A stretch of DNA of 51,749 bases from a virus (Duplodnaviria > Caudoviricetes), in the IMG/VR virus record IMGVR_UViG_3300020183_006961, positions 1-51,749 of that record; one strand, given 5' to 3'. Position numbers and translations under genes: made by a program. The notes beneath the pieces were generated by a model. It saw nothing but the letters and a program-made list of their open reading frames with translations. It was not told the origin of the DNA and ran no database searches. Position 1 is the first letter of the stretch; the number at the start of each line of letters is the position of its first letter. Below, piece by piece: positions 36,939 to 46,005 of the stretch.

Positions 36939-36967
36939 ATTATGCCTGATGTTTGGCTGAGTGTCAA
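36939..36967 (-). promoter_or_regulatory. Sigma70-like promoter TTGACA-17-CATAAT heading the recA block
   Basis: Perfect -35, 17-bp spacer, 5/6 match at -10, and an ATG 10 nt downstream. Confidence 0.75.
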
Positions 36968-38100
36968 GAAAAATTAGCAATGTCAAATTCTACCATGGAT
37001 CTCACCAACTCATCAAATGAAATTTTAGGCGACCAACCAAGCTCTCGCCTTATGGGGGAAGAATCTCCAAGAAGCAGATCGACTTCTGCTGGGCGATAGA
37101 ATTCTTTATTTATTTTAACTAAGCATGGCTCAAATTTTGCGATTTTTTCGCGAGTACATCCTATTAAATAATATTTTTCTTCTTCCTTTGAACCCTCCCA
37201 AAAACCCTCTAAACCAGCGCAAAGAAATGATTTTTCTACAAATTCTCTAATACTGTGGGTTTCTCCGCTGGCGAGAACGTAGTCTTTGGGATACCACTTG
37301 GGCCAAATGGATTCTAAAGTCCCGCACAAAACCTCTCTTGGGTGTCTTACTCCGTCAGTTTCTACCATGTCTCTTTCCTGATTCAACATCAACCACACCC
37401 CTCTAACGAAGTCTCTGGAATCCGACCAGTCTCTTTTCGCTTCTAAGTTGCCAAGCTCGATTGGGTCGACGTTTTTTGAGTTTAGAATTGAGTGATAAAT
37501 TCTAGCTACTCCTTTTGATATTTTTCTGGTTACAAATTCTTCTCCTCTTTTTGTTCCTTCATGATTGAAGAGTATCCCGTGGACCGCATAAAGGTTGTAT
37601 GATTCTCTATAAACTTTAACAATGTGTCTTGCGGCAGCTTTCGAAGCCCCGTAAGGGCTTCTTGGTTTAATTGGATGTTTTATGTCTTGCGGGGAGTAGT
37701 CTACATTACCCCACTCTTCGCTTGATCCTGCGCTATAAAATCTGCAGTCTGGCTTAAATTTTTTAATAGCTTCAAGACATCTTAATACTCCAAGAGCGTT
37801 CACATCCATAACTTGCTCTGGCATTTTCCAGCTAATACCCACAAAACTATTTGCGGCAAAATTGATAAAATAATCAGGTTGAATTTCTTTTACTGCGGTT
37901 TCTACGCTATTCGAATCGGAAAGATCTAAAAATTCCAATTTAAATTTGGGGTTATCTTTAAAAGCTTTTATGTTTGTTAGATTGGGATTTGAGCTTCGAC
38001 GCATCATGCCAAAAATTTTATAATCGGTATTCTTTAACAAATATTCTGCCATATTCGCTCCGTCTTGACCTAGAATACCGGTAATTAATATTTTTTTCAT
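36964..38100 (-). CDS. gmd: GDP-mannose 4,6-dehydratase
   Basis: 'ILITGILGQDG', 'RRSS', 'SSE', 'PRSPYGASK', 'GILFNHE', 'RGEEFVTRKI', 'LGNL.AKRDW', 'RPAEVDLLLGD'. Confidence 0.95.
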   Translation of the reverse strand: MKKILITGILGQDGANMAEYLLKNTDYKIFGMMRRSSNPNLTNIKAFKDNPKFKLEFLDLSDSNSVETAVKEIQPDYFINFAANSFVGISWKMPEQVMDVNALGVLRCLEAIKKFKPDCRFYSAGSSEEWGNVDYSPQDIKHPIKPRSPYGASKAAARHIVKVYRESYNLYAVHGILFNHEGTKRGEEFVTRKISKGVARIYHSILNSKNVDPIELGNLEAKRDWSDSRDFVRGVWLMLNQERDMVETDGVRHPREVLCGTLESIWPKWYPKDYVLASGETHSIREFVEKSFLCAGLEGFWEGSKEEEKYYLIGCTREKIAKFEPCLVKINKEFYRPAEVDLLLGDSSPIRRELGWSPKISFDELVRSMVEFDIANFS

Positions 38101-38108
38101 AATTTTTA

Positions 38109-39008
38109 TTAAAGAGCTGTCCAAATTTTAGGATACCATTTCCCGTTCATATGCTCGCTAATAGAAATGCCGTCGATTAAAAAATTATGTGAGCATATAA
38201 TCGGAACTGGCTGCATCTGACTGGCCGTATCGTTCAAAATAGATGCCCAAAAAGAAAAAGAACTATTTGAATTTATAATGCCGTCGCACATAGAAAACAA
38301 ACACATGCCGATGGCCGAATGAATTCTGGGAAGATAGCAAATATCATACTTATCAGATAATGGTTTAAAAAATTCTTTCGGTTCATTAGGATCGTCGCCA
38401 GAAACTATGAATAAGCATTCTTTGTCGTTGAAATAAGAAAATGCTTTTTTATAGTAATCCAACCCAAGGCTTAGTATATGTGCCTCTTTTGGATGTTTTT
38501 TTTCAGGATTTAAATATCTAGTAGAAACTCCTATCAGTTTTTTAGAAGTCTGCGGCATTAAGGTTTTTGCTTTTTGCGTTATAGAGTCGCTGAAGGTAAA
38601 TATTTCTTTGAGTTTGCCTATGTGAGAGGATAGATTGTTGTAAACAACAAATGAGTCTAGTAATATATTCTTTGGCCTTTCATTACGAATTGAAGAGTCA
38701 ATAAAATAAGCAGCATGATGAGGTGGTAAAACTGAAGTGTTGATAGTGTGAAAAAAGCTTAGCTTTATGTCATTTTTAGCAATTTGCAATACGCTAAAAT
38801 ATTCGGATAAATTTGGAAATGCTTCATCAAAATCTATTGCTTCTTCTACTCCAGAGTTAAACTTTAAAAGAGCATCTGATTTTTGATTTTTAATGAATGC
38901 TGGTTTTAAGCGTGAGTATGTAGACACGCAATACACTGAAGCCAGTGTGCTCATATAAGCGCCAAAACCTTCATCTGGACTCATTATCTGCGTAATGTAT
39001 TTTTGCAT
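38109..39008 (-). CDS. GT11 (alpha-1,2-fucosyltransferase)-like glycosyltransferase
   Basis: 'GFGAYM' (compare GLGNQM), 'YYKKA', 'SGDD', 'NSSFSFWASILN'; the HxRRGD motif is degenerate; adjacent to gmd. Confidence 0.75.
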   Translation of the reverse strand: MQKYITQIMSPDEGFGAYMSTLASVYCVSTYSRLKPAFIKNQKSDALLKFNSGVEEAIDFDEAFPNLSEYFSVLQIAKNDIKLSFFHTINTSVLPPHHAAYFIDSSIRNERPKNILLDSFVVYNNLSSHIGKLKEIFTFSDSITQKAKTLMPQTSKKLIGVSTRYLNPEKKHPKEAHILSLGLDYYKKAFSYFNDKECLFIVSGDDPNEPKEFFKPLSDKYDICYLPRIHSAIGMCLFSMCDGIINSNSSFSFWASILNDTASQMQPVPIICSHNFLIDGISISEHMNGKWYPKIWTAL

Positions 39009-39813
39009 ATTGCGATTTGAGTTTTTGGTGCGTCATTTTTATACCATTTTCGATTCCAATGCATTTTATAAATTCAAATGCAAATTTTCCATTTTCTTGC
39101 TGAGAAGCATTATAATCTGCACCTTGTTTGTTTGCGTTGATTATCTCGACTTTGTGAGAATCTAAATCGTTTATTTTTTGAGCTAATTCTGATAAAAAGT
39201 AAGACTGCTCATAAGAGCAAAAAACATTTTTTTCGCTCTCTTCTTGAGTCAAAAAATGGTCTACGAGGGTTGTCAAATCTTTCATGTAAAAAAAATCCAT
39301 CCGTTTATTTTCATGGATTTCGATTGGCTGCCTGTTAATATACCTTAAAATGTTGGCTTTTAAAAATCTAGTTGGTAATTCATTCTCATCAAAAACGCCA
39401 AATATTTTAATGTTATAAAAATTTTTTTGTTCTGAAATAGAATTAGCTATAACTCTTTTGCTTAGCCCATACGGTGATTCGGGAGCATTTGTTTCCGCTC
39501 CCGAACCAAAATGAATTAATTTTCCAAACTTATCTTTACAATTTAATAGATTGTAATACATTTTAATATTACTATCCATATCACTCCAGGTTTCTTGTTT
39601 AAGACGGCTACCGCCGCTCACAGCGCAATGTATAACTGCATCAAAATATTTGTTTGAGAAGTATTTTAATGTTTCAAATGAGTTTGTTAGATCAAAGTCT
39701 TGGCGGGCAATAGAAACTGCATGGTATTTATCTTTAAAAGAATTATATAGGCTTTTAGCTATATAACCATTGCCGCCCGTAATTAAAATTTGATGTTTAT
39801 TTTCTACTGGCAT
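38971..39813 (-). CDS. NAD-dependent sugar epimerase/reductase (extended SDR)
   Basis: 'ILITGGNGYIA', 'VIHCA', 'YGLSK', 'RMDFFY..D'. Confidence 0.88.
   Translation of the reverse strand: MPVENKHQILITGGNGYIAKSLYNSFKDKYHAVSIARQDFDLTNSFETLKYFSNKYFDAVIHCAVSGGSRLKQETWSDMDSNIKMYYNLLNCKDKFGKLIHFGSGAETNAPESPYGLSKRVIANSISEQKNFYNIKIFGVFDENELPTRFLKANILRYINRQPIEIHENKRMDFFYMKDLTTLVDHFLTQEESEKNVFCSYEQSYFLSELAQKINDLDSHKVEIINANKQGADYNASQQENGKFAFEFIKCIGIENGIKMTHQKLKSQYAKIHYADNESR
39773..39811. repeat. 39-bp perfect direct repeat, copy 1
   Basis: CCGCCCGTAATTAAAATTTGATGTTTATTTTCTACTGGC, identical to 40411-40449. Confidence 0.97.
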
Positions 39814-40360
39814 ATATTAGATTACATACGTTATAAACTCTTGGATAAAAAGTACATATTGTATCTATTTCAAATCTTAAACTTAATACTTTTTTAATCA
39901 TATTATTAAGAATACTTTTATTATGTGTTTCTATAGCTACATGTTTAAGAGTTGGATAATCGCTTGTCGAATCAATAAAGCATGTTTCATATCCTTCAAT
40001 ATCCATTTTTAATGAAGTCACATTATAATCATTTATATAGTGGTCTAACTCACTAGCATTAGTTATAGCAGCGCTATAAAAGCAATGGCCAGGTAATAAT
40101 AATTTAAATCTTTCAATATCTGAGTTTTCCGGATCTACACCAATGACTTTCTGGGCGCCTTTGTTTAAAAAATACTCAGGAGTAGTTTCCCATCCTGGTT
40201 CTATTAGATGAAAACCACATCCTAAGTCTAAAACAGTTTCATCTTTAACTTTTAGAAGATGCCAATGATGGTCGGGGTGTTCGGATTCAATATAGTGATG
40301 TTTAATATTGTGTAACTGATTTAATAATTCATCAGATACGAATCCTTTTAATTGTTTCAT
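39797..40360 (-). CDS. Class I SAM-dependent methyltransferase (FkbM-like)
   Basis: 'VLDLGCG', 'VIGVD', 'LKMDIEGYE', 'AIETH'. Confidence 0.75.
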   Translation of the reverse strand: MKQLKGFVSDELLNQLHNIKHHYIESEHPDHHWHLLKVKDETVLDLGCGFHLIEPGWETTPEYFLNKGAQKVIGVDPENSDIERFKLLLPGHCFYSAAITNASELDHYINDYNVTSLKMDIEGYETCFIDSTSDYPTLKHVAIETHNKSILNNMIKKVLSLRFEIDTICTFYPRVYNVCNLIYASRK

Positions 40361-40410
40361 AATTTTATTTGTTTATTTTTTTCTAAATACGGCTAAATAA
40401 TTTACTATTA

Positions 40411-40449
40411 CCGCCCGTAATTAAAATTTGATGTTTATTTTCTACTGGC
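40411..40449. repeat. 39-bp perfect direct repeat, copy 2 (start-less relic of the epimerase 5' end)
   Basis: The minus strand translates as PVENKHQILITGGNSKLFSRI* with no ATG. Confidence 0.97.
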
Positions 40450-41329
40450 CTATTATGCACTTTTTAATAATATTTTGTATGCTTTCATTACTGTAATCGC
40501 TTGTATGAAATATTTTACATGTGCCTTTATTATATATCGCTGATGCCTCTATGCGATCTGTTGTAAATATAAAACTTTTAGCTGAATCAAAAAAATTATC
40601 ATAAGTTTGTATCACTTCGCCAGGTCCAGATCGTCTTGATATTAATACATCACACTTTGTGCTTAAATAGTCTATCTCAAGTAAATTTGGTATTGAAACA
40701 AAATGATTCACAGAAAATTCATTAGGTAAAAAATTATTGCTAGATTCCGTGTATATAAAAGCCGTATCTTTTAATTGATTTACCAATGTATATATTGAAC
40801 CTCTTAAATCAAAATTTGGACATTGAAGAGAATAAACCGTACCGTTGCACACTAAAACTTTTTTGTTAAAATGATTTATTGATTCTAAAAAACTATCAAC
40901 TTCTTTTTTACGGTGCGGATCTTTACAAGATTTTGGAATCATATCGGTTTCATCATTTGTGCGTTTTACTTTTACATCAGTATTGCTATTTAATAAATTA
41001 ATTATTTCGCAGTAATGATCATAAATAGCACTGATATTATAATCCACTGGATTTCCCCAAGCATTTCTAGGGGCGTTAGTTCTATTCATAAATGTTGGGC
41101 TGCTTCCTATCCATAGATTAATTGCGATGCAATCGTTACCAAATCCATAATCATTCGAATTTCCATAAATTACTTTAACTTTATTATTAAATTGAAGATT
41201 ATTTTTTTTAGACATTAAAAAATAAAATTCAGCATTAGTTTCACAATTATTTATTACAGTATCTATAATGCCTCTACAAAGTGCTATGTCACCATTTTGG
41301 TGATCGTTATAAAAAATTATTTTTTTCAT
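40442..41329 (-). CDS. Hypothetical protein, possible GT-B glycosyltransferase
   Basis: N-terminal 'HQNGDI..CRG' and 'LSTKCDVLISRRSGP' resemble GT9-type motifs; cluster context. Confidence 0.55.
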   Translation of the reverse strand: MKKIIFYNDHQNGDIALCRGIIDTVINNCETNAEFYFLMSKKNNLQFNNKVKVIYGNSNDYGFGNDCIAINLWIGSSPTFMNRTNAPRNAWGNPVDYNISAIYDHYCEIINLLNSNTDVKVKRTNDETDMIPKSCKDPHRKKEVDSFLESINHFNKKVLVCNGTVYSLQCPNFDLRGSIYTLVNQLKDTAFIYTESSNNFLPNEFSVNHFVSIPNLLEIDYLSTKCDVLISRRSGPGEVIQTYDNFFDSAKSFIFTTDRIEASAIYNKGTCKIFHTSDYSNESIQNIIKKCIIGQ

Positions 41330-41426
41330 GACTTATATTGTTTTTTTTAAAAATTTAATGGTCTTTTTTTAAATTCTTTTTTTTCTTGCAGTTGTTATAA
41401 TTACAAAATCTTCTTTCGGATTTTCA

Positions 41427-41777
41427 TTAACCTTTAAAACCTTTGTATATTTTTACATTTTCTTCTGAGAATTTTTTAGCATAATTTCTATTTATATAAA
41501 CATCTAAAAAACTATTAATTGCTTTAATTAATTTAGGTCTTCTATCCTTAAAACAGTAGTCAACTTTCCTCTTAATATCTGCTAATTCAGAATCTGTGGT
41601 AGTTTGCCCTGCTGCATCTTCTAGTTTCCACATCCTAATATGTAACACAATAAATCTATCTAATATTTCTGCAAATGTTTCGCTAAATTCTAAATCTTTT
41701 ACGTCTAAAGGTTCTTTATTGAATCTTTCTGCGATTTCTTGAAGTAGAAGTTCACTAATTTGATTGATTCTATTCAT
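41427..41777 (-). CDS. Small helical protein, DUF4254-like
   Basis: 'MWKLED.......D....IKR.VD.....R..LI' pattern seen in glycan-cluster proteins. Confidence 0.5.
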   Translation of the reverse strand: MNRINQISELLLQEIAERFNKEPLDVKDLEFSETFAEILDRFIVLHIRMWKLEDAAGQTTTDSELADIKRKVDYCFKDRRPKLIKAINSFLDVYINRNYAKKFSEENVKIYKGFKG

Positions 41778-41789
41778 TTAATAATAAAT

Positions 41790-42947
41790 TTATTTTATAA
41801 ATTTTTCTAACATTTTAATTTGACGGTTTTTAATAGTGGGATAAATACCGATATAAAACCCATTATTATGTAAAAATTCACTATTTATAAATTCATGACT
41901 TTTTCCATATTGTTTATAACATGTTTGTTTTAATAAATTACCAGATATTATTGGTCTGGTTTCAATTCCTTTATTTCTACAATATTCTTTTAAGGATTCT
42001 ATAAAATTTTTATCCTTCGAAACAAATGGAAAACAAAATGGTACAGCTTTTCTATTTTCAAAATTTATAGGAAGAATAATTTTCTTATTTTTAAATAAAT
42101 ATCTAATGTCATTATAAACTTTTATTCTTTTATTTGTATATTCCTTAATCCTTTTAAAATCTAATAACCCTATGAAAGCATTAATATCACTATTCCTAAA
42201 ATTATTGCCCAAAGAAAAAAAATCAAATGCTTGATCTACATCTGGATTATTATATGTTTTAGGATTCAAATCATAAGTAATTAAACTCCTTGTCATACCA
42301 TGGTTCCTATTCATTAAAAAATATTCATATTCTTTTTGAGAATTTGTAAAAATAAATCCTCCCTCTACGCTTTGTAATTGATGTCCAAAGTATGTACTTG
42401 TTGTGCTTGTAAAATAAGATGATATGTTTTTATCGCAATATGATCCTAAAGTATTTTCACAATTATCTAAGAGTATTCTTACATTATATTTTTTTTCTAA
42501 ATGTTTTAATTTTTCTATGTTCGGGACTTGTCCAATTAAAGACACGCAAACTATTGCAGCGACTTTCTTATGATTTTTGATTAAATATTTTTCAGTAGCA
42601 TCAAGATCTAAACAAAAATCATCTAAACATATATCTATAAATTTTGGTAAAAATCCTTCTCTTAAAAATGGAGATATAGAAGTCGTCCAAGTAGTAGAAG
42701 GAAAAATAATTATATTTTTATTTTTTCTATTTAGAGTATCTTTCAAATACATTGCTAAAAGGGTATTTGCTGTAGAACCACTAGAAACAAATACAGAATA
42801 TTTTGCATTTACATAATTTGCCATTTCCTCTTCAAATTTTTTAACATATTTGTGTTGTGTCCAAAAGTTATTTTTATTGAGAATGAATAAAGCAATTCTA
42901 AGTCTATCTGTAAATGTAAAATTATTTGTGTTTAATGGCCAATTCAT
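41790..42947 (-). CDS. DegT/DnrJ-fold PLP enzyme, ColD-like (GDP-4-keto-6-deoxymannose 3-dehydratase)
   Basis: 'SSGSTAN', 'DNCE', and 'STYFGHQLQSVEGG' with His at the Schiff-base Lys position; 'RNHG', 'TRPI.SGN'; no Fe-S Cys cluster. Confidence 0.8.
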   Translation of the reverse strand: MNWPLNTNNFTFTDRLRIALFILNKNNFWTQHKYVKKFEEEMANYVNAKYSVFVSSGSTANTLLAMYLKDTLNRKNKNIIIFPSTTWTTSISPFLREGFLPKFIDICLDDFCLDLDATEKYLIKNHKKVAAIVCVSLIGQVPNIEKLKHLEKKYNVRILLDNCENTLGSYCDKNISSYFTSTTSTYFGHQLQSVEGGFIFTNSQKEYEYFLMNRNHGMTRSLITYDLNPKTYNNPDVDQAFDFFSLGNNFRNSDINAFIGLLDFKRIKEYTNKRIKVYNDIRYLFKNKKIILPINFENRKAVPFCFPFVSKDKNFIESLKEYCRNKGIETRPIISGNLLKQTCYKQYGKSHEFINSEFLHNNGFYIGIYPTIKNRQIKMLEKFIK

Positions 42948-43180
42948 GTTAAAAATCCTAAAACTTTATCTGTAACCAGTTCTATTGATATGTCCAACTT
43001 CATTTAAATTCAAATTAAAATCATCAATATTTATTGTGTTTTTTTGTAAAAAATTGTAGTAACTTTTTTATTTTACTATTATCAATGTTTTCCAAAAAGT
43101 AAGAAATTCCATCAATGTGTCTTTTATAATATTTAATAAAATTATTCATATATAGTTATTTTAGCCTATGATGAGAATTT

Positions 43181-44926
43181 TCATAAGTTAAACACATCTG
43201 ATATGAACATATCTGTTAATTCTCCTGGTATAATTTTACCATTCTTATCTATGCCTTTAGCAATAACTTTTGGTTCGTGTTGTTCGTTAGGATCTGTAAA
43301 TATTTCTATTATTGTGGGATCATTATTATTAAAAACTTTATCAAGTATAGAATCTATTTGTTTATTACTTCGTACCGAATGATATTGAAATCCAAAAACG
43401 TCTGCGATTTTATTAAAAGATGGAATAGAGACTCCAGAAGAAATTTCAGAGGCTATTAAATTACCTTTAAAAAAAGACTTTTGAGTTAGTTTAATTGACA
43501 GATAACCTTCATTATTTATAATGAAAAGTTTTAAAGGTATATTGTGATGTCGAACTGTTTCTAGTTCTTGAATATTCATCATTATACTTCCATCTCCTTC
43601 TATGCAGATTATTGGAGTTTTACTGCCATAATATGCACCTATAGCAGCCGGAAGACCATAACCCATTGGAGCCGTTCCCTCATTACTAAACAATCTTTGC
43701 TTGTGCTTTAAGTTTATAGTTTTTAAAGGAACCACATGAGCCGTACCATCACTTGTAACAATTATAGAATCTTTGTCTAAAATTTTTTCTAATTTTTTAG
43801 AAAATACATATGTACTAACATAATCGGTCAGAGTTTCGTGTTTTTCTAAAACTAATTTTTCTTTTGCTCTTTTTATTTTTATTTCATTTTGCCAGTTTGT
43901 TATTTCTGGTGTAATTATTTTAGGATTAACATAATCAAAAAAATCATTAAGATCTATATTCCATCCTATTTTTTTAAACTTCAATTTTTTAATTTCATGT
44001 TTATCGATATCTATTATTATTTTTTTAGCATTTGGTGCAAATTTTGATGCGTCATACCCTGTCATTTTCGGATTTAATCTAGAACCCAAACATATAATTA
44101 AATCACTATCTTGTATAAGATGGTTGGATGTGTACTGTCCTAATAGGCCAAACCTACCAGCATAATAGCCATAATCAGTATTAACCACATCTACTCCTGA
44201 ATGTGGACCCGTCATAACAGGGAGATTTGTTTTATTTAAAAATTCCTGTAACTTATTTACAGTATTTGAAGCTCTGATGCCTCCACCAACAACAACGACT
44301 GGTTTTTTGCTGTTTTGTAATAATTTTTGTAATTTATTAAAATAATAAAAATTTAATAAATTTTTCTTTTTGCGTGGTGTATATCCCTTTTGTTGTTTAA
44401 TATCAATAATACTGCTTTGTATATCTAATGGTATATCAATCCAAACAGGACCTGGCCTACCGGTAGTTGCTATATGATATGCTTTTTCTAAGTGATAACG
44501 TATCGTATTCTTATCATTAATAATTACAGCATATTTGGTCATAGTTTTAACTGTATCGATTATATTAAATTCTTGTTGCCCAATTTGTCTACAGCCTGTT
44601 CTATTAGACAACTGATCCGAAGGAACTTGGCCAGATATTATAATTATTGGAATTGAATCTTGATAAGCGCACAACACACCCGTTAAAGCATTAGTTCCCC
44701 CAGGCCCTGTAGTTACTAAAACACATCCTGGTTTATTCGTAACCCGAGCGTATCCTTCGGCAGCCATGGCTGATGCTTGTTCATGGTGATTGCAAATATA
44801 TTTTAAATGCTTATTTTTTCCTAGGGAATCTATTAGATGCATGCACCCTCCTCCGGACACCGTAAATACAGTATCAATACCTTTGCTGGCTATAAAATCA
44901 AAAACGTAGTCTGATAGTTTAATCAT
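43181..44926 (-). CDS. ThDP-dependent acetolactate-synthase-like enzyme (YerE-like by context)
   Basis: 'HHEQ.SAMAAEGYAR', 'TTGPG.TN', 'GRPGPVWIDIPLD', 'MGYGLPAAIG', and the ThDP motif 'GDGS...NNEGY'. Confidence 0.9.
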   Translation of the reverse strand: MIKLSDYVFDFIASKGIDTVFTVSGGGCMHLIDSLGKNKHLKYICNHHEQASAMAAEGYARVTNKPGCVLVTTGPGGTNALTGVLCAYQDSIPIIIISGQVPSDQLSNRTGCRQIGQQEFNIIDTVKTMTKYAVIINDKNTIRYHLEKAYHIATTGRPGPVWIDIPLDIQSSIIDIKQQKGYTPRKKKNLLNFYYFNKLQKLLQNSKKPVVVVGGGIRASNTVNKLQEFLNKTNLPVMTGPHSGVDVVNTDYGYYAGRFGLLGQYTSNHLIQDSDLIICLGSRLNPKMTGYDASKFAPNAKKIIIDIDKHEIKKLKFKKIGWNIDLNDFFDYVNPKIITPEITNWQNEIKIKRAKEKLVLEKHETLTDYVSTYVFSKKLEKILDKDSIIVTSDGTAHVVPLKTINLKHKQRLFSNEGTAPMGYGLPAAIGAYYGSKTPIICIEGDGSIMMNIQELETVRHHNIPLKLFIINNEGYLSIKLTQKSFFKGNLIASEISSGVSIPSFNKIADVFGFQYHSVRSNKQIDSILDKVFNNNDPTIIEIFTDPNEQHEPKVIAKGIDKNGKIIPGELTDMFISDVFNL

Positions 44927-46005
44927 TGAATGTCTGTTTTCAGTAATGGTGAGTCTTTTTTTAAATCTTTACAAGCTACAGCATCATTTTCAATAAAATC
45001 TCTAGATGAAATTTGGCCTAATTCATATTGGTATGGTATGGCGCTATATAGATTATCTATTGTTATTTTTGATCTTTTTTTAATATCTTGTTTTAAATAT
45101 AAACCTCTATGTAAAGCTTGTAAATATTTAGTTTCTTTATCATCAATAATTCTTCTTTCATTTGAAGATGTTCCGCACATAGCGGCAACTCTGTTAAATG
45201 CCTTAAACCATTCGTCTATTTGGTGGGGTAATGAACAATATATAGATACTTCTTTTTGCTCATGACCTTTCGGATACGGAATATCAATATGCCGTTCCCA
45301 TGTTCTTGCTCCTTTAGCATATGAAATGTACATAGATGAATACCAATCATGATATTCATGAGTTGATAATCCAATAACTAAATCAGGATATTTTGTTTTT
45401 AGATAATCAATTTGATTTAATTCTAATTCATTATCTTCGCTAGGATACTTTGACACGCAATGATTAACAGCTAGAGGGATATTGCGATTACTAAAAAATT
45501 TAATTACATCATCAATTTGTTTATCATTAGCGCCCCCGGTTGAAATAATTACTGGTTTTTGGGTGGAGGCTATTTTATTTAATAAAATCCAATCATTGAT
45601 GTCTGAGCTGGCTATTTTAATAATAGGTAAATCCATATTTACACACCAATCAACAGATGTTTCATCAAATGGTGTTGACATTGGTATGCAATCATGTTTT
45701 TTAATATAATTAATTAGTTCTTCAAGCTCGTTGTAAGTTAATTTTGTTTTAGACGTCTTTTGAATATAACGACTGCGTTTAGGTAAATTTAAAAGATTTT
45801 CGCCTTGTCCGTTATCTCGGAAATTTTTATGAATAAAATTATCTACATCCCTAAATTGTAATTTAATGGCTGCTTTAATTTTATTTTCTTTTATAATTTT
45901 AGCAAACTGTTTTACAATTTCTTTGCCTCTTTTTAAATCACCCCAATGATTGTTTGCTAATTCAAGCACAAACAAATTTTCAAAAATTTTATTTTTCATA
46001 TCCAA
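44923..46005 (-). CDS. neuB: N-acetylneuraminate/nonulosonate synthase family with a C-terminal SAF-like domain
   Basis: 'ELANNH.GD', 'KLQ', 'STPFD', 'KIAS', 'ISTG', 'HCVS.YP', 'GLSTH', 'ERH'. Confidence 0.88.
   Translation of the reverse strand: MDMKNKIFENLFVLELANNHWGDLKRGKEIVKQFAKIIKENKIKAAIKLQFRDVDNFIHKNFRDNGQGENLLNLPKRSRYIQKTSKTKLTYNELEELINYIKKHDCIPMSTPFDETSVDWCVNMDLPIIKIASSDINDWILLNKIASTQKPVIISTGGANDKQIDDVIKFFSNRNIPLAVNHCVSKYPSEDNELELNQIDYLKTKYPDLVIGLSTHEYHDWYSSMYISYAKGARTWERHIDIPYPKGHEQKEVSIYCSLPHQIDEWFKAFNRVAAMCGTSSNERRIIDDKETKYLQALHRGLYLKQDIKKRSKITIDNLYSAIPYQYELGQISSRDFIENDAVACKDLKKDSPLLKTDIQ

Noticed and set aside
39773-40449. IS target-site duplication or DGR template/variable repeat pair
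   Set aside because: No transposase, inverted repeats or reverse transcriptase; the copies are identical, with no adenine-specific differences.
43181-44926. Housekeeping ilvB for branched-chain amino-acid synthesis
   Set aside because: No ilvN/H, ilvC or ilvD nearby; the gene is coupled to neuB inside an NDP-sugar cluster.
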